Position numbers and translations under genes: made by a program | Shown: positions 1-15,116 of the stretch, one piece after another | Numbering within the stretch: the stretch's first letter is position 1 | Layout of the letters: each line of letters starts with the position of its first letter | Notes under the pieces: model-generated | Databases searched by the model: none | The model's input: only the letters and a program-made list of their open reading frames with translations | Told to the model about the DNA's origin: nothing | DNA from: an uncultured Gemmatimonadales bacterium | GTDB taxonomy: Bacteria > Gemmatimonadota > Gemmatimonadetes > Longimicrobiales > RSA9 | Reading direction: 5' to 3' | Length of the DNA stretch: 64,000 nucleotides | Assembly: GCA_963708135.1 (NCBI GenBank) | Contig: OY970192.1 | Location: forward strand, 2,432,001-2,496,000

Positions 1-5613
<5,613 letters not shown>

Positions 5614-5888
5614 GGTGGCTCTCCCTCCTCAGGCCCTCGGGGCGGCAAAGAGTGCGCGGCGCGCCGTGGCGGCGCCGCACGAAGCGGCGCGCATGCGGCC
5701 CGTTCGGGTCAACAAGCGCACAAACCCCCCGAACCGCCGACGGGGGCGGGGGGATCGGTGCGCACCGGATCTCGTGAAATTTGGTCTCGCTCGCGCGGAG
5801 CATGGGCACCCTTCGTCAGCTGTTTCACTCGGCCAGCGGGACGTCCGTCCCGGCCGGCGGCCGGGACGGAACGCGCACGCGGGGCGAG

Positions 5889-6257
5889 CTACTTCAGCTC
5901 GACGTCGGCGCCCTGCTCCTCGAGCTTGGCCTTGACCTGCTCGGCCTCATCCTTGGAAACGGCCTCCTTGACGGCCCTGGGCGGGTTGTCCACCAGGTCC
6001 TTGGCCTCCTTGAGGCCGAGGCTGGTGACCTCGCGGACGACCTTGATGACCTGGATCTTCTTGGGTCCAGCGCCCTTGAGGATGACGTCGAACTCCGTCT
6101 GCTCCTCGACGGCCGGCGCGGCGGCCGGCGCGGCGGGGGCGGCGGCGGCGACGGCGGCCGTGACGTTGAACTTCTCCTTGAAGGCCTCGACGAAGTCCGC
6201 CAGCTCGAGGACGGTCATGTTGCCGATGGCGTCGAGCAGCTCTTCCTTGTTAGCCAT
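5889..6257 (-). CDS. rplL: 50S ribosomal protein L7/L12
   Basis: [19 protein letters not shown]...[10 protein letters not shown]...[24 protein letters not shown]; start placed at ATG 6257. Confidence 0.97.
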   Translation of the reverse strand: MANKEELLDAIGNMTVLELADFVEAFKEKFNVTAAVAAAAPAAPAAAPAVEEQTEFDVILKGAGPKKIQVIKVVREVTSLGLKEAKDLVDNPPRAVKEAVSKDEAEQVKAKLEEQGADVELK

Positions 6258-6291
6258 GTCGCGTCTTCCTGTGATACGGATGAAGGTGGAT

Positions 6292-6813
6292 TCAGCCTTG
6301 CTCTCGCTCGGCACGCAGCGCCTCGAGCAGACCGGAGAACTCGCTCAGCTTCCCCTGCAGGACGAAGAGCATCTGGGCCAGCGGCGCCTGGAGGGCGCCG
6401 GCCAGCTGGGCCAGGAGCTGCTCGCGGGGCGGCAGCTTGGCCAGACGCCCGATCTCCTCGGGCGTAACCGCGCGGTGCTCGACGACGCCGGCCTTGAAGG
6501 CGGGGCGGTTGTCGTGCGCCCGGGCGAACTCGTCCAGGACCTTCGCGGCGGCGACGGGATCGGCGGTAAAGGCAACCGCCGTGGGCCCGACGAAGAACTC
6601 CGCGACGTCGGGCAGCTCGAGCTGCGTGAGCGCCCGCTTGACGAGGGTGTTCTTGACCACGAGGTACTCGACGCCGGCGTTGCGCAGCCGGGCGCGCAGC
6701 TCGGTGGCGTTCTTGACGTTGAGGCCCGTGAAGTCGGTGAGGTAGAACGCCTCGGCGCCCTTCAGCTTGGACGCCAGCCCATCGACGACGGCCTGCTTCT
6801 CCTGAACGTTCAT
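6292..6813 (-). CDS. rplJ: 50S ribosomal protein L10
   Basis: DFTGLNV...LRARLR...[20 protein letters not shown]; position between rplA and rplL. Confidence 0.96.
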   Translation of the reverse strand: MNVQEKQAVVDGLASKLKGAEAFYLTDFTGLNVKNATELRARLRNAGVEYLVVKNTLVKRALTQLELPDVAEFFVGPTAVAFTADPVAAAKVLDEFARAHDNRPAFKAGVVEHRAVTPEEIGRLAKLPPREQLLAQLAGALQAPLAQMLFVLQGKLSEFSGLLEALRAEREQG

Positions 6814-7520
6814 CGGGCGGCCACCCGGCGGTAGAGGTTCGGATCGATCCGCACGCCCGGCCCCATGGTGCTGGAGACGGTGACGCTGCGGATATAGGTG
6901 CCCTTGGCCGCGGACGGCTTGGCCCGGACGACGTTGTCCATGAAGGCGTCGAGGTTCTCCGCGAGGTCCTCGACGGAGAACGAGACGCGGCCGATCGGCG
7001 CGTGCAGGTTGCCGGTCTTGTCCACGCGGAACTCGATCTTTCCGGCCTTGATCTCGGTGATGGCGCGGCCGACGTCGAAGGTGACGGTGCCGGCCTTGGG
7101 CGACGGCATGAGGCCGCGCGGACCGAGGATACGACCGAGCTGGCCGAACTGCCCCATGACATCGGGGGTCGCGACGGCGACGTCGAAGTCGATCCAGCCG
7201 TCCTTGATCTTCTGGATGTACTCCATGCCGACGAAGTCGGCGCCGGCCTCCTCGGCCTCGCGGACCTTCTCGCCCTGGGCCACGACGAGGACGCGGACGG
7301 CCTTGCCGGTGCCGTGGGGCAGCACGACGGTGCCGCGCACGATCTGGTCGGCGTGGCGCGGATCGACGCCGAGGCGGACGGCGACCTCGACGGTCTCATC
7401 GAACTTCGCGAACGAGGTCTCCTTGACCAGGCGGAGCGCCTCCACCGGCTGGTCGAGCGGATTCTCGCGCGCCGGGACGGCCGTCGCGGCCTTGCGGAAC
7501 TTCTTCCCGTGCGCCGGCAT
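6810..7520 (-). CDS. rplA: 50S ribosomal protein L1
   Basis: [52 protein letters not shown]. Confidence 0.98.
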   Translation of the reverse strand: MPAHGKKFRKAATAVPARENPLDQPVEALRLVKETSFAKFDETVEVAVRLGVDPRHADQIVRGTVVLPHGTGKAVRVLVVAQGEKVREAEEAGADFVGMEYIQKIKDGWIDFDVAVATPDVMGQFGQLGRILGPRGLMPSPKAGTVTFDVGRAITEIKAGKIEFRVDKTGNLHAPIGRVSFSVEDLAENLDAFMDNVVRAKPSAAKGTYIRSVTVSSTMGPGVRIDPNLYRRVAAR

Positions 7521-7945
7521 CAGTCCACCACCGTGTAGCCCATGGAGCGGGCGGTGCCCTCGACCATGCGCATGGCGGACTCGACGCTGCCGGCGTTCAG
7601 GTCCGGCATCTTGAGCTGGGCGATCTCGCGCACCTGCTGGCGCGTCACCGAGGCGACCTTGTCCCGGTTGGGCGCCGCGGAGCCCTTGTCCTTGCCGGCG
7701 GCCTTCTTGAGCAGGACGGCGGCCGGCGGTGTCTTCGTGATGAAGGTGAAGGAGCGGTCCGCGAACACGGTGATCTCGACGGGGATGATCATCCCCGGCT
7801 GACCCTGCGTGCGCGCGTTGAACTGCTTGCAGAACTCCATGATGTTGACGCCGTGCTGACCGAGCGCCGGCCCCACGGGGGGGGCGGGGTTGGCCGCGCC
7901 GGCGGGCACCTGGAGCTTGATGAACCCGACGACCTTCTTCGCCAT
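7520..7945 (-). CDS. rplK: 50S ribosomal protein L11
   Basis: [42 protein letters not shown]. Confidence 0.98.
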   Translation of the reverse strand: MAKKVVGFIKLQVPAGAANPAPPVGPALGQHGVNIMEFCKQFNARTQGQPGMIIPVEITVFADRSFTFITKTPPAAVLLKKAAGKDKGSAAPNRDKVASVTRQQVREIAQLKMPDLNAGSVESAMRMVEGTARSMGYTVVD

Positions 7946-8071
7946 GGAACCTTTCTCATCTACGGTCGGGGCGGCGGCGCGCCGGCTCGACCGCGCGGTT
8001 TCAGCGGCCCGGGCGGAGGCGGTTCAGGCGGCGCGGCACGCGTCGCCGTCCTGCCTCCCCGAAGCCTCCCG

Positions 8072-8623
8072 CTAGTATCCCTTGAGCTGGGTATAGTCCA
8101 GCTCGACGGAGGTGGGGCGGCCGAACAGGCTGACCTCCACCTTCACCTTCCCCTTGTCGTGGTAGACTTCCTGGACCGTTCCGGTGAAGTCGCTGAACGG
8201 CCCTTCGGTGACCTCGACGACCTGACCGGCGCGGAACGGGATCTCCTCCCGCGGCTCGAGCTCCTCCTCGACCGGGGCGAGGCCGAGGATCTTGTTGATC
8301 TCGTCCTCGCGCAGCGGCTGGGGCTCCTTGCCGGCGCCCACGAACTTGATGACACCCTGGATGTTGTTGATCACGTGCATGGTGCGCTGATTCGCGATCA
8401 TCTTCACCAGGACGTATCCGGGGTAGAGCCGGCGGGTCACGGTGACCCGCTTACCGTTCTTGATCTCCACGACGTCCTGCGTGGGGACCATGACCTCCTG
8501 GATGCCCTTCTCCTCGGGCGTCTCGCCGGCCTCCTCCGCGATCCGGTGCTCGATGAGCTTCTTGACCTTGTTCTCGTGGCCGGAGTAGGTCTGGATCGCG
8601 TACCAGCGGGCGTCTTCCACCAT
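8072..8623 (-). CDS. nusG: transcription termination/antitermination factor NusG
   Basis: WYAIQTYSGHENKVK, LYPGYVLV, KOW motif GPFSDFTG, VSLFGRPTSVEL. Confidence 0.97.
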   Translation of the reverse strand: MVEDARWYAIQTYSGHENKVKKLIEHRIAEEAGETPEEKGIQEVMVPTQDVVEIKNGKRVTVTRRLYPGYVLVKMIANQRTMHVINNIQGVIKFVGAGKEPQPLREDEINKILGLAPVEEELEPREEIPFRAGQVVEVTEGPFSDFTGTVQEVYHDKGKVKVEVSLFGRPTSVELDYTQLKGY

Positions 8624-8626
8624 ACC

Positions 8627-8833
8627 TCAGCGCGTGAACAGGGTAATGACCCCGCCGAGCACGTTGCGGACAGTGACATCCATGAGCCAGATCACGAGCG
8701 AGACGACGAGCGAGAAGAAGATGATGACCGCCGTCACGTTCTTGAGCTGGGGCCAGTCGGGCCACGTGACCTTCTTGACCTCCTCCACCGTCTCCTGGGT
8801 GAAGGACCGTACGCGGGCGAGGGAATTCGCCAT
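8627..8833 (-). CDS. secE: preprotein translocase subunit SecE
   Basis: [27 protein letters not shown] plus one TM helix; directly upstream of nusG. Confidence 0.93.
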   Translation of the reverse strand: MANSLARVRSFTQETVEEVKKVTWPDWPQLKNVTAVIIFFSLVVSLVIWLMDVTVRNVLGGVITLFTR

Positions 8834-8985
8834 TACTTCGTTTCCTTGTGCAGCGTGTGCACATTGCAGCGCGGGCAGTGCTTCTTCCACTCGACGCGCT
8901 CGGGATGCTTGCGCTTGTTCTTGGTCGTGAAATAGTTGCGCTCCTGGCACTGGGTGCACGCCAGGATGACCTTGTCACGGGGCAC
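8833..8985 (-). CDS. rpmG: 50S ribosomal protein L33 (Zn-ribbon form)
   Basis: Manual translation: [50 protein letters not shown] (50 aa). GTG start after GGAGGTG; TAATG overlap with secE. Too short for the ORF track. Confidence 0.95.
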   Translation of the reverse strand: MPRDKVILACTQCQERNYFTTKNKRKHPERVEWKKHCPRCNVHTLHKETK

Positions 8986-9233
8986 GTCTCACCTCCGGGC
9001 CGGGAGCCGAACGAATCCGGTGCAGCCTTTATGATATCCCGAAGCGCCGTGCCGGTTCCGCCGGCGCCCGGTGCCGGCGCGCTCCACGCAGGGTGGAGCC
9101 GACCGGCGGGTCGAGTCGATCGAGGTGTCGATCAATGGTTTCGGGGACGACGCGCGCGCCGGCAGTAGCGCCGGGGGTGTCCCGCACGCGCGGCTCCCGA
9201 GTACAAGGCGCGCGCGTGCGACTGCGTGCCGCG

Positions 9234-10427
<1,194 letters not shown>

Positions 10428-10464
10428 GATTCCCCTCGAGAGTGATCGCCGGTCCAGGTTCAGG

Positions 10465-10536
<72 letters not shown>

Positions 10537-10685
10537 CATCGTAGCGCGGCGCGGCCGAAGGAGGCATCCTCCGCCCGCGCCGCGACAGTTCATCTCGGAG
10601 CGACGGGGACCGCGGCGGGCGCTACGGCCGGCGGGGCCCCCGGGGTCCCGGGCGGGCGCGAGGGCCGGCTCCGAGACAGACCGCA

Positions 10686-10714
10686 ATGATATAGGAGGAG
10701 AGGGAGGGAGTCAA
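10686..10714 (-). promoter_or_regulatory. sigma70-type promoter for tRNA-Thr/tuf
   Basis: TTGACT-17 bp-TATCAT on the minus strand. Confidence 0.75.
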
Positions 10715-10746
10715 GGGCTGGGACGGCCCGGGACGGCGGGACCGCG

Positions 10747-10800
10747 GGTCAGGGTGGGGGTGGGGGTGCGGGAAACGGTGGGGGTGGGGGTGGGGGTGAG
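10747..10800. repeat. (GGGGGT)n tract with central GAAACGG
   Basis: gggtcagggtgggggtgggggtgcgggaaacggtgggggtgggggtgggggtgag. Confidence 0.7.
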
Positions 10801-10901
10801 GCGGCGGACGGGAGGGGTGGGAGGGACAGGGGGAGTGGGTTACATTGGCGGGCGGGGCGGGCGGGGGAGCGCCCCAGGGAAACTTCAACGCGGAGTGAAG
10901 A

Positions 10902-11084
10902 ATGCTGGAGTTCAAGGAGAATCAGTGGGGGACGGGGTACACGGTGCTGAAGGACGGGGAGCGGGTGGCGTCGGTGATCCCGCAGGGGGACAAGGTGGGG
11001 TACACGGTGTTCAACACGCCGGACATGGGGACGAAGGGGTCGATCGAGGACGTGAAGTCGCACCTGGAGAAGGTGCTCGGCTGA
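10902..11084 (+). CDS. small hypothetical protein (60 aa)
   Basis: ATG after GGAG; strong G/C third-position bias; protein-like composition unlike the Arg/Pro-rich shadow ORFs. Confidence 0.7.
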   Translation: MLEFKENQWGTGYTVLKDGERVASVIPQGDKVGYTVFNTPDMGTKGSIEDVKSHLEKVLG

Positions 11085-11304
11085 GGCTCCGGCGGAGCCG
11101 AACGGAACGCGCCCGGCCGCGAGAGAACGCGGTGCGGGCGCGTTCCGCATTCGGGGGGCCGGCTCCGGGTCCGCGCGGGGTGCTTCCGGCCGCATCCGGG
11201 GGATCCCCGGTCCCCGGAGCCTGCGCCGGGAGATCCCGAGCAGTGGGGGCCGCACGGATCGGCCGGCCCGCGTGGGGCGGGGCGGCCGATCGGGGGTGGG
11301 GGAG

Positions 11305-11377
11305 AGCGGGCGACCGGGCTCGAACCGGCGACCCCGAACTTGGAAGGCTCGTGCTCTACCAACTGAGCTACGCCCGC
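11305..11377 (-). tRNA. tRNA-Gly(UCC)
   Basis: Acceptor GCGGGCG/CGCCCGC, anticodon arm CGAGC-CTTCCAA-GTTCG, T loop TTCGAGC. CCA not encoded. Confidence 0.96.
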
Positions 11378-11409
11378 GAAAGCGGCCGGAGCGGGCCGGC
11401 CGGGGAGGA

Positions 11410-11438
11410 AAGATAGCGCTGGAGGCGCTGGGTCTCAA
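11410..11438 (-). promoter_or_regulatory. sigma70-type promoter for tRNA-Gly
   Basis: TTGAGA-17 bp-TATCTT on the minus strand. Confidence 0.6.
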
Positions 11439-11576
11439 GTCGGAGCGGGGCAGGCCGGGCGGCGCTCGGGGGGTGCCGGCGGGGTCCGGGGCATCGAGCG
11501 GGGAGGGGGGTCGGATCGGGGGCCGGCGCGAGCTGGGCGAGGGGGGTGGGTGGGCTCGGGGTGGCGGGGTCGAGGG

Positions 11577-11592
11577 TGGCACGACTCGTGCG
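11577..11592 (+). promoter_or_regulatory. candidate sigma54 (-24/-12) promoter
   Basis: TGGCACGACTCGTGCG = GG-N10-GC with TGGCACG, about 90 bp upstream of the DUF4382 gene. Confidence 0.45.
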
Positions 11593-11682
11593 CCCCGGGG
11601 CGACGACTCAAAGTACTCCAACCGGTTGTCCAGGCGGGTGTTACAGACGCCGGTCGGATTCTCGAACTGGAGGTTTGCTGCC

Positions 11683-12648
11683 ATGGGCCGGACACTGACC
11701 ACGATCGCGCTGCTGGCGGTCACGAGTGCCTCGCTGCTGGCGGGCTGCGGCGATCAGAACAACGCTGTGACGACGGGCGGAACGGGGCGGATCTCGATCA
11801 TGCTGACGGACGCGCCCTCGGCGACGGTGCAGTCGGCGGTGGTGACGATCTCGAAGGTGTACCTGGTGGGGAGCGCGGCGGACACGGCGGACGCTTCGGC
11901 GCAGGTGCAGCTGCTGCCGGCGCCGGTGACGACGGACCTGCTGACGCTGTCGAACGACCTGGCGACGCTCGTGGACACGATGACCGTGAAGGCGGGCACC
12001 TACCAGCAGCTGCGGTTCGTGATCGACGGGGCGTACATCCAGACGGTGGACGAGAACGGCGCGACGCACGCGTACGCGACGGCTGGGTATGCCAACGCGC
12101 CGGGCCCGGTAGAGGGGACGCTGAAGTGCCCGAGCTGCGCGCAGAGCGGGATCAAGGTGAACCTGCCGGACGGGGGCCTCACAGTGGCAGAGGATGAGAC
12201 GACGGGGCTGCTGGTCAACTTCAACGTGGCGGACACGTTCGGCCACCAGGCGGGGAACTCCGGGATGTGGGTCATGCACCCGACACTGAACGCCACGGAG
12301 GCGACGCTGGCGGGGAAGGTGCACGTCACGCTGGCGCTTCCGGACTCGGTCACGCTGCCGATGATCGACACGGTGACGACGACGCTGGGCAGCTTCTCGG
12401 CTGAGTTGAAGCCGGCGGGTGCGGATTCGACCGCAACGGGCACGATCGTTCAGTTCACGAACAGCAACGGCACGTACGTGGCCGACTACAGCTACCTGGT
12501 GCCCGGAACCTACACGCTGGACATCGTGGGCCCGTCGGGTCTCACGTTCACGACCTCGCCGGTCACGCAGACGGTGACGGTCGAGGGTGGCGGCACGGCG
12601 AACGCGGACTTCACGATCACGTCAGCGGTGCTTGCCGCCGGCGGCTAA
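11683..12648 (+). CDS. DUF4382-domain lipoprotein with C-terminal beta-sandwich
   Basis: Lipobox LLAGC, signature ISIMLTDAP, DLLTL, GTYQQLRF, SGIKV; GGAGG upstream of ATG 11683. Confidence 0.8.
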   Translation: MGRTLTTIALLAVTSASLLAGCGDQNNAVTTGGTGRISIMLTDAPSATVQSAVVTISKVYLVGSAADTADASAQVQLLPAPVTTDLLTLSNDLATLVDTMTVKAGTYQQLRFVIDGAYIQTVDENGATHAYATAGYANAPGPVEGTLKCPSCAQSGIKVNLPDGGLTVAEDETTGLLVNFNVADTFGHQAGNSGMWVMHPTLNATEATLAGKVHVTLALPDSVTLPMIDTVTTTLGSFSAELKPAGADSTATGTIVQFTNSNGTYVADYSYLVPGTYTLDIVGPSGLTFTTSPVTQTVTVEGGGTANADFTITSAVLAAGG

Positions 12649-12720
12649 GCCGGGCGTCGGGCGCGACCCGGTCGAGGGGACTGGCCCTCCCCGGCAGGAC
12701 GCGCCGAGGAGGGAGAGAAG

Positions 12721-12763
12721 GCGGAGAGGAGCGGCGGTCCGGGGGGCTGCCGCTCCTCTTCGT
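12721..12763. terminator. long hairpin between convergent genes (likely bidirectional terminator)
   Basis: GCGGAGAGGAGCGGCGGTCC pairs with GGGCTGCCGCTCCTCTTCGT (with G-U pairs). Confidence 0.6.
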
Positions 12764-12795
12764 TCGCTGCCGAGCGGGTCTGGTTGGAGGGCTCG

Positions 12796-14133
12796 CTACT
12801 TCGGCGCGCTCCGGACCGCAGCGGCGTCGGGATCCGGGATGGGCGTCGCGACGATGGCGGCGCCGTCGGTCGCGCGACGGCCACGCGCGCTGAGCAGCGC
12901 CTCGACGTCCACGCCGAACGCCGTGGAGAGCTGCTCGACGAGGGCGAGGGCGCCGCGGAAGCGCTGGTTGGCGACGTTGGCGATGCCGTCGCCATCGCCG
13001 CCGTCCACGACGACCATGCGGTCGACGTCGATGCCCTCGACGGCCCTGGACGCGACCTCCATCAGGCCCGGCAGCTTCTCGGCCATGAAGACCTGGAAGC
13101 CGCGTTCGCCGCCCCCGCGGATGGTGGAGAAGAGCAGCTCGAGGACCTGGGCCTGCGCCCGGCCCGTCTCGAGAATGGGCGCCGCGGTGGCCTTCGCCCG
13201 GGACTCGGCGGCCGTGCGCTCCGCTTCGGCCGGCGTGATGACATCGGCGTTGAGGCGCTCCCGCTCCGTCTCCGTGCGCCGCTGCTGCAGCTCGCGCTGC
13301 GCCTCGACCTCGGCGCGCTCGGCGGCGACGCGGGCGATCTTGTCCGCGGTTTCCGACTCCTGCCGGAGCTGGGCCTGGCGCACCTTCAGCTGCGTCTGCG
13401 CCTCCGAGATCTGGATCTGGGCGTGCGCCTCCGCCACGGCCGCAGTCTGGTCCGCGGCGGCTTTCTTCTGCCGCGTCTCCGACTGGTTCTCCGCCTCGGC
13501 CACCTCGGCCTCCTTGATCACCTGCGCCGTCTTCTTCCGCCCCATGGCGTCCAGGTAGCCGACCTCGTCGCTCACGTTCTGGATCTTCAGCACGTCCAGC
13601 GAGAAGCCCAGCTTCTTGAGATCGTTCTCCGCCTCCTCCGCCAGGTTCTGCGCGAACATGAGGCGGTCCTCGTTGACCTGCTCCGGCGTGAGCGTCGCCA
13701 GCACGCCCCGCAGGTTGCCCGTCAGCGTCTCCTTCGCCAGCCCCTCGATCTCGTCGGGCAGCTTCCCGAGCAGTCGCTCCACGGCGTTGTTGAAGTCGGT
13801 CTCCGGCTCGGAGGCGATCTTCACGTTCGCGATGGCCTGCACGCTCAGCGGGATGTTCCCCTTCGAGAAGGCGTTGGCGACCGTGATCTCCAGCGGGATC
13901 GTCGCCAGCGACAGGTACTGCGCGCTCTCCAGGATCGGGATCCGGATCGTCCGGCCCCCGATGACGGCCCGGTAGCCGACGCGCTGCCCGTCGTTCAGCG
14001 TGCGACGCCGGCCGGTGATCACCGCCGCCCGGTTCGGCGGTACGATGATGATGAGGCTGCTGATCGTCCAGATGACGACGAGCACGGCCGCGAACACGAC
14101 CAGTCCCGCCACCACGCCGAAGCTCTCCAGCAT
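12796..14133 (-). CDS. flotillin-like SPFH domain protein
   Basis: N-terminal TM, SPFH (ANVKIAS, GNLRGVLATLTPEQVNEDR, LKIQNVSD), AE-rich coiled coil. Confidence 0.9.
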   Translation of the reverse strand: MLESFGVVAGLVVFAAVLVVIWTISSLIIIVPPNRAAVITGRRRTLNDGQRVGYRAVIGGRTIRIPILESAQYLSLATIPLEITVANAFSKGNIPLSVQAIANVKIASEPETDFNNAVERLLGKLPDEIEGLAKETLTGNLRGVLATLTPEQVNEDRLMFAQNLAEEAENDLKKLGFSLDVLKIQNVSDEVGYLDAMGRKKTAQVIKEAEVAEAENQSETRQKKAAADQTAAVAEAHAQIQISEAQTQLKVRQAQLRQESETADKIARVAAERAEVEAQRELQQRRTETERERLNADVITPAEAERTAAESRAKATAAPILETGRAQAQVLELLFSTIRGGGERGFQVFMAEKLPGLMEVASRAVEGIDVDRMVVVDGGDGDGIANVANQRFRGALALVEQLSTAFGVDVEALLSARGRRATDGAAIVATPIPDPDAAAVRSAPK

Positions 14134-14142
14134 CCGATCCTC

Positions 14143-14820
14143 CTACTCCGAGGGTGCATCGAAGGGGGCGACGAGGGCCGTGCCCTCGCGCATCTCCACG
14201 ATCACGACGTCTCTGCCGACGTCGGTCGCTATGGGGTCGCGTCCGAACGGCCGCGCCCGCAGCTCGTACTCGCGCGCACCACGCCGGACCAGGATCCGGC
14301 CGGAGCGCTGCGCGTCGACGGGCAGCACCACCGTGGCGGCCAGCCCGACGAAGCTGCTCTCGCCCTGCCGCTCGCCGGCCTCCGTCGAGCGGACCCATCC
14401 GAACACGGCGACGCTCACGCCCGCCGCCAGCACCCCGCAGAGCCCGCTGCCGGCCGCGACCAGCAGCGGGCTCGCGGCCGGTGCCAGGCGCGCGAGCAGC
14501 ACGCCGGTCGCCCCGAAGCCGAACAGAAAGTAGGTGACGGTGCGCAGCGAGAGGATGCGGACCGCCTGCACGTCGTGGCCGCCGGACGCCGCGGCGCCGG
14601 ACGCGTCCGTCAGGGCGTGGGCGCCGATGGCGACGTCGCCTTCCGCACCCTCCGTTGACAGCTCGACCTCGTGGCCGCCGCCGGCAAAGTCGACGTCGTG
14701 CCCCCCGAAGCCGATGTCCGCATCGTGTCCGCCAAGCACGTCGCCGAACAGATCGCCGAGCAGCGACACGAGGAGCATCCCGCCGCCGACGATGAGGGAG
14801 AACCAGTAGAGGGACTGCAT
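14143..14820 (-). CDS. NfeD-like/YqiJ-like membrane protein with C-terminal OB fold
   Basis: TM helix, acidic/His/Gly linker, FLFGFGATG TMs, C-terminal OB-fold-like region; usual partner upstream of flotillin. Confidence 0.8.
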   Translation of the reverse strand: MQSLYWFSLIVGGGMLLVSLLGDLFGDVLGGHDADIGFGGHDVDFAGGGHEVELSTEGAEGDVAIGAHALTDASGAAASGGHDVQAVRILSLRTVTYFLFGFGATGVLLARLAPAASPLLVAAGSGLCGVLAAGVSVAVFGWVRSTEAGERQGESSFVGLAATVVLPVDAQRSGRILVRRGAREYELRARPFGRDPIATDVGRDVVIVEMREGTALVAPFDAPSE

Positions 14821-14968
14821 CAGAGGGACTGCATTCTGTATCCGAGCGGGCCAGGGGGCCGGACGATCCTGTCAGGGATGAAGTTTGCGCGCCCGTCCCG
14901 GCCTGGCAAGAGGACGTGCCGCCGTCTCCCCTCGGTTCGAGCAGTGGTGGGAAATTCTTTCCCGCAAG

Positions 14969-15041
14969 AGCTGACGGTGGGACTCGAACCCACGACCTGC
15001 CGCTTACAAGGCGGCTGCTCTACCAGCTGAGCTACGTCAGC
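14969..15041 (-). tRNA. tRNA-Thr(UGU)
   Basis: Acceptor GCTGACG/CGTCAGC, anticodon arm GCCGC-CTTGTAA-GCGGC, T arm GTGGG-TTCGAGT-CCCAC. Confidence 0.96.
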
Positions 15042-15049
15042 ACGCCAAG

Positions 15050-15079
15050 ACCTTACCCGTCCCCGCCCTCAGAGGTCAA
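15050..15079 (-). promoter_or_regulatory. sigma70-type promoter for tRNA-Thr(UGU)
   Basis: TTGACC-18 bp-TAAGGT ending 8 nt before the tRNA. Confidence 0.55.
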
Positions 15080-15116
15080 CGCAGGGAGCCCCGAGCCCGG
15101 CATCCCGCATCCCGCG

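Noticed and set aside
11378..14968. tRNA-anchored genomic island
   Set aside because: No integrase, no duplicated tRNA 3' end, and composition is host-like; kept only as the dispersed-cluster finding.
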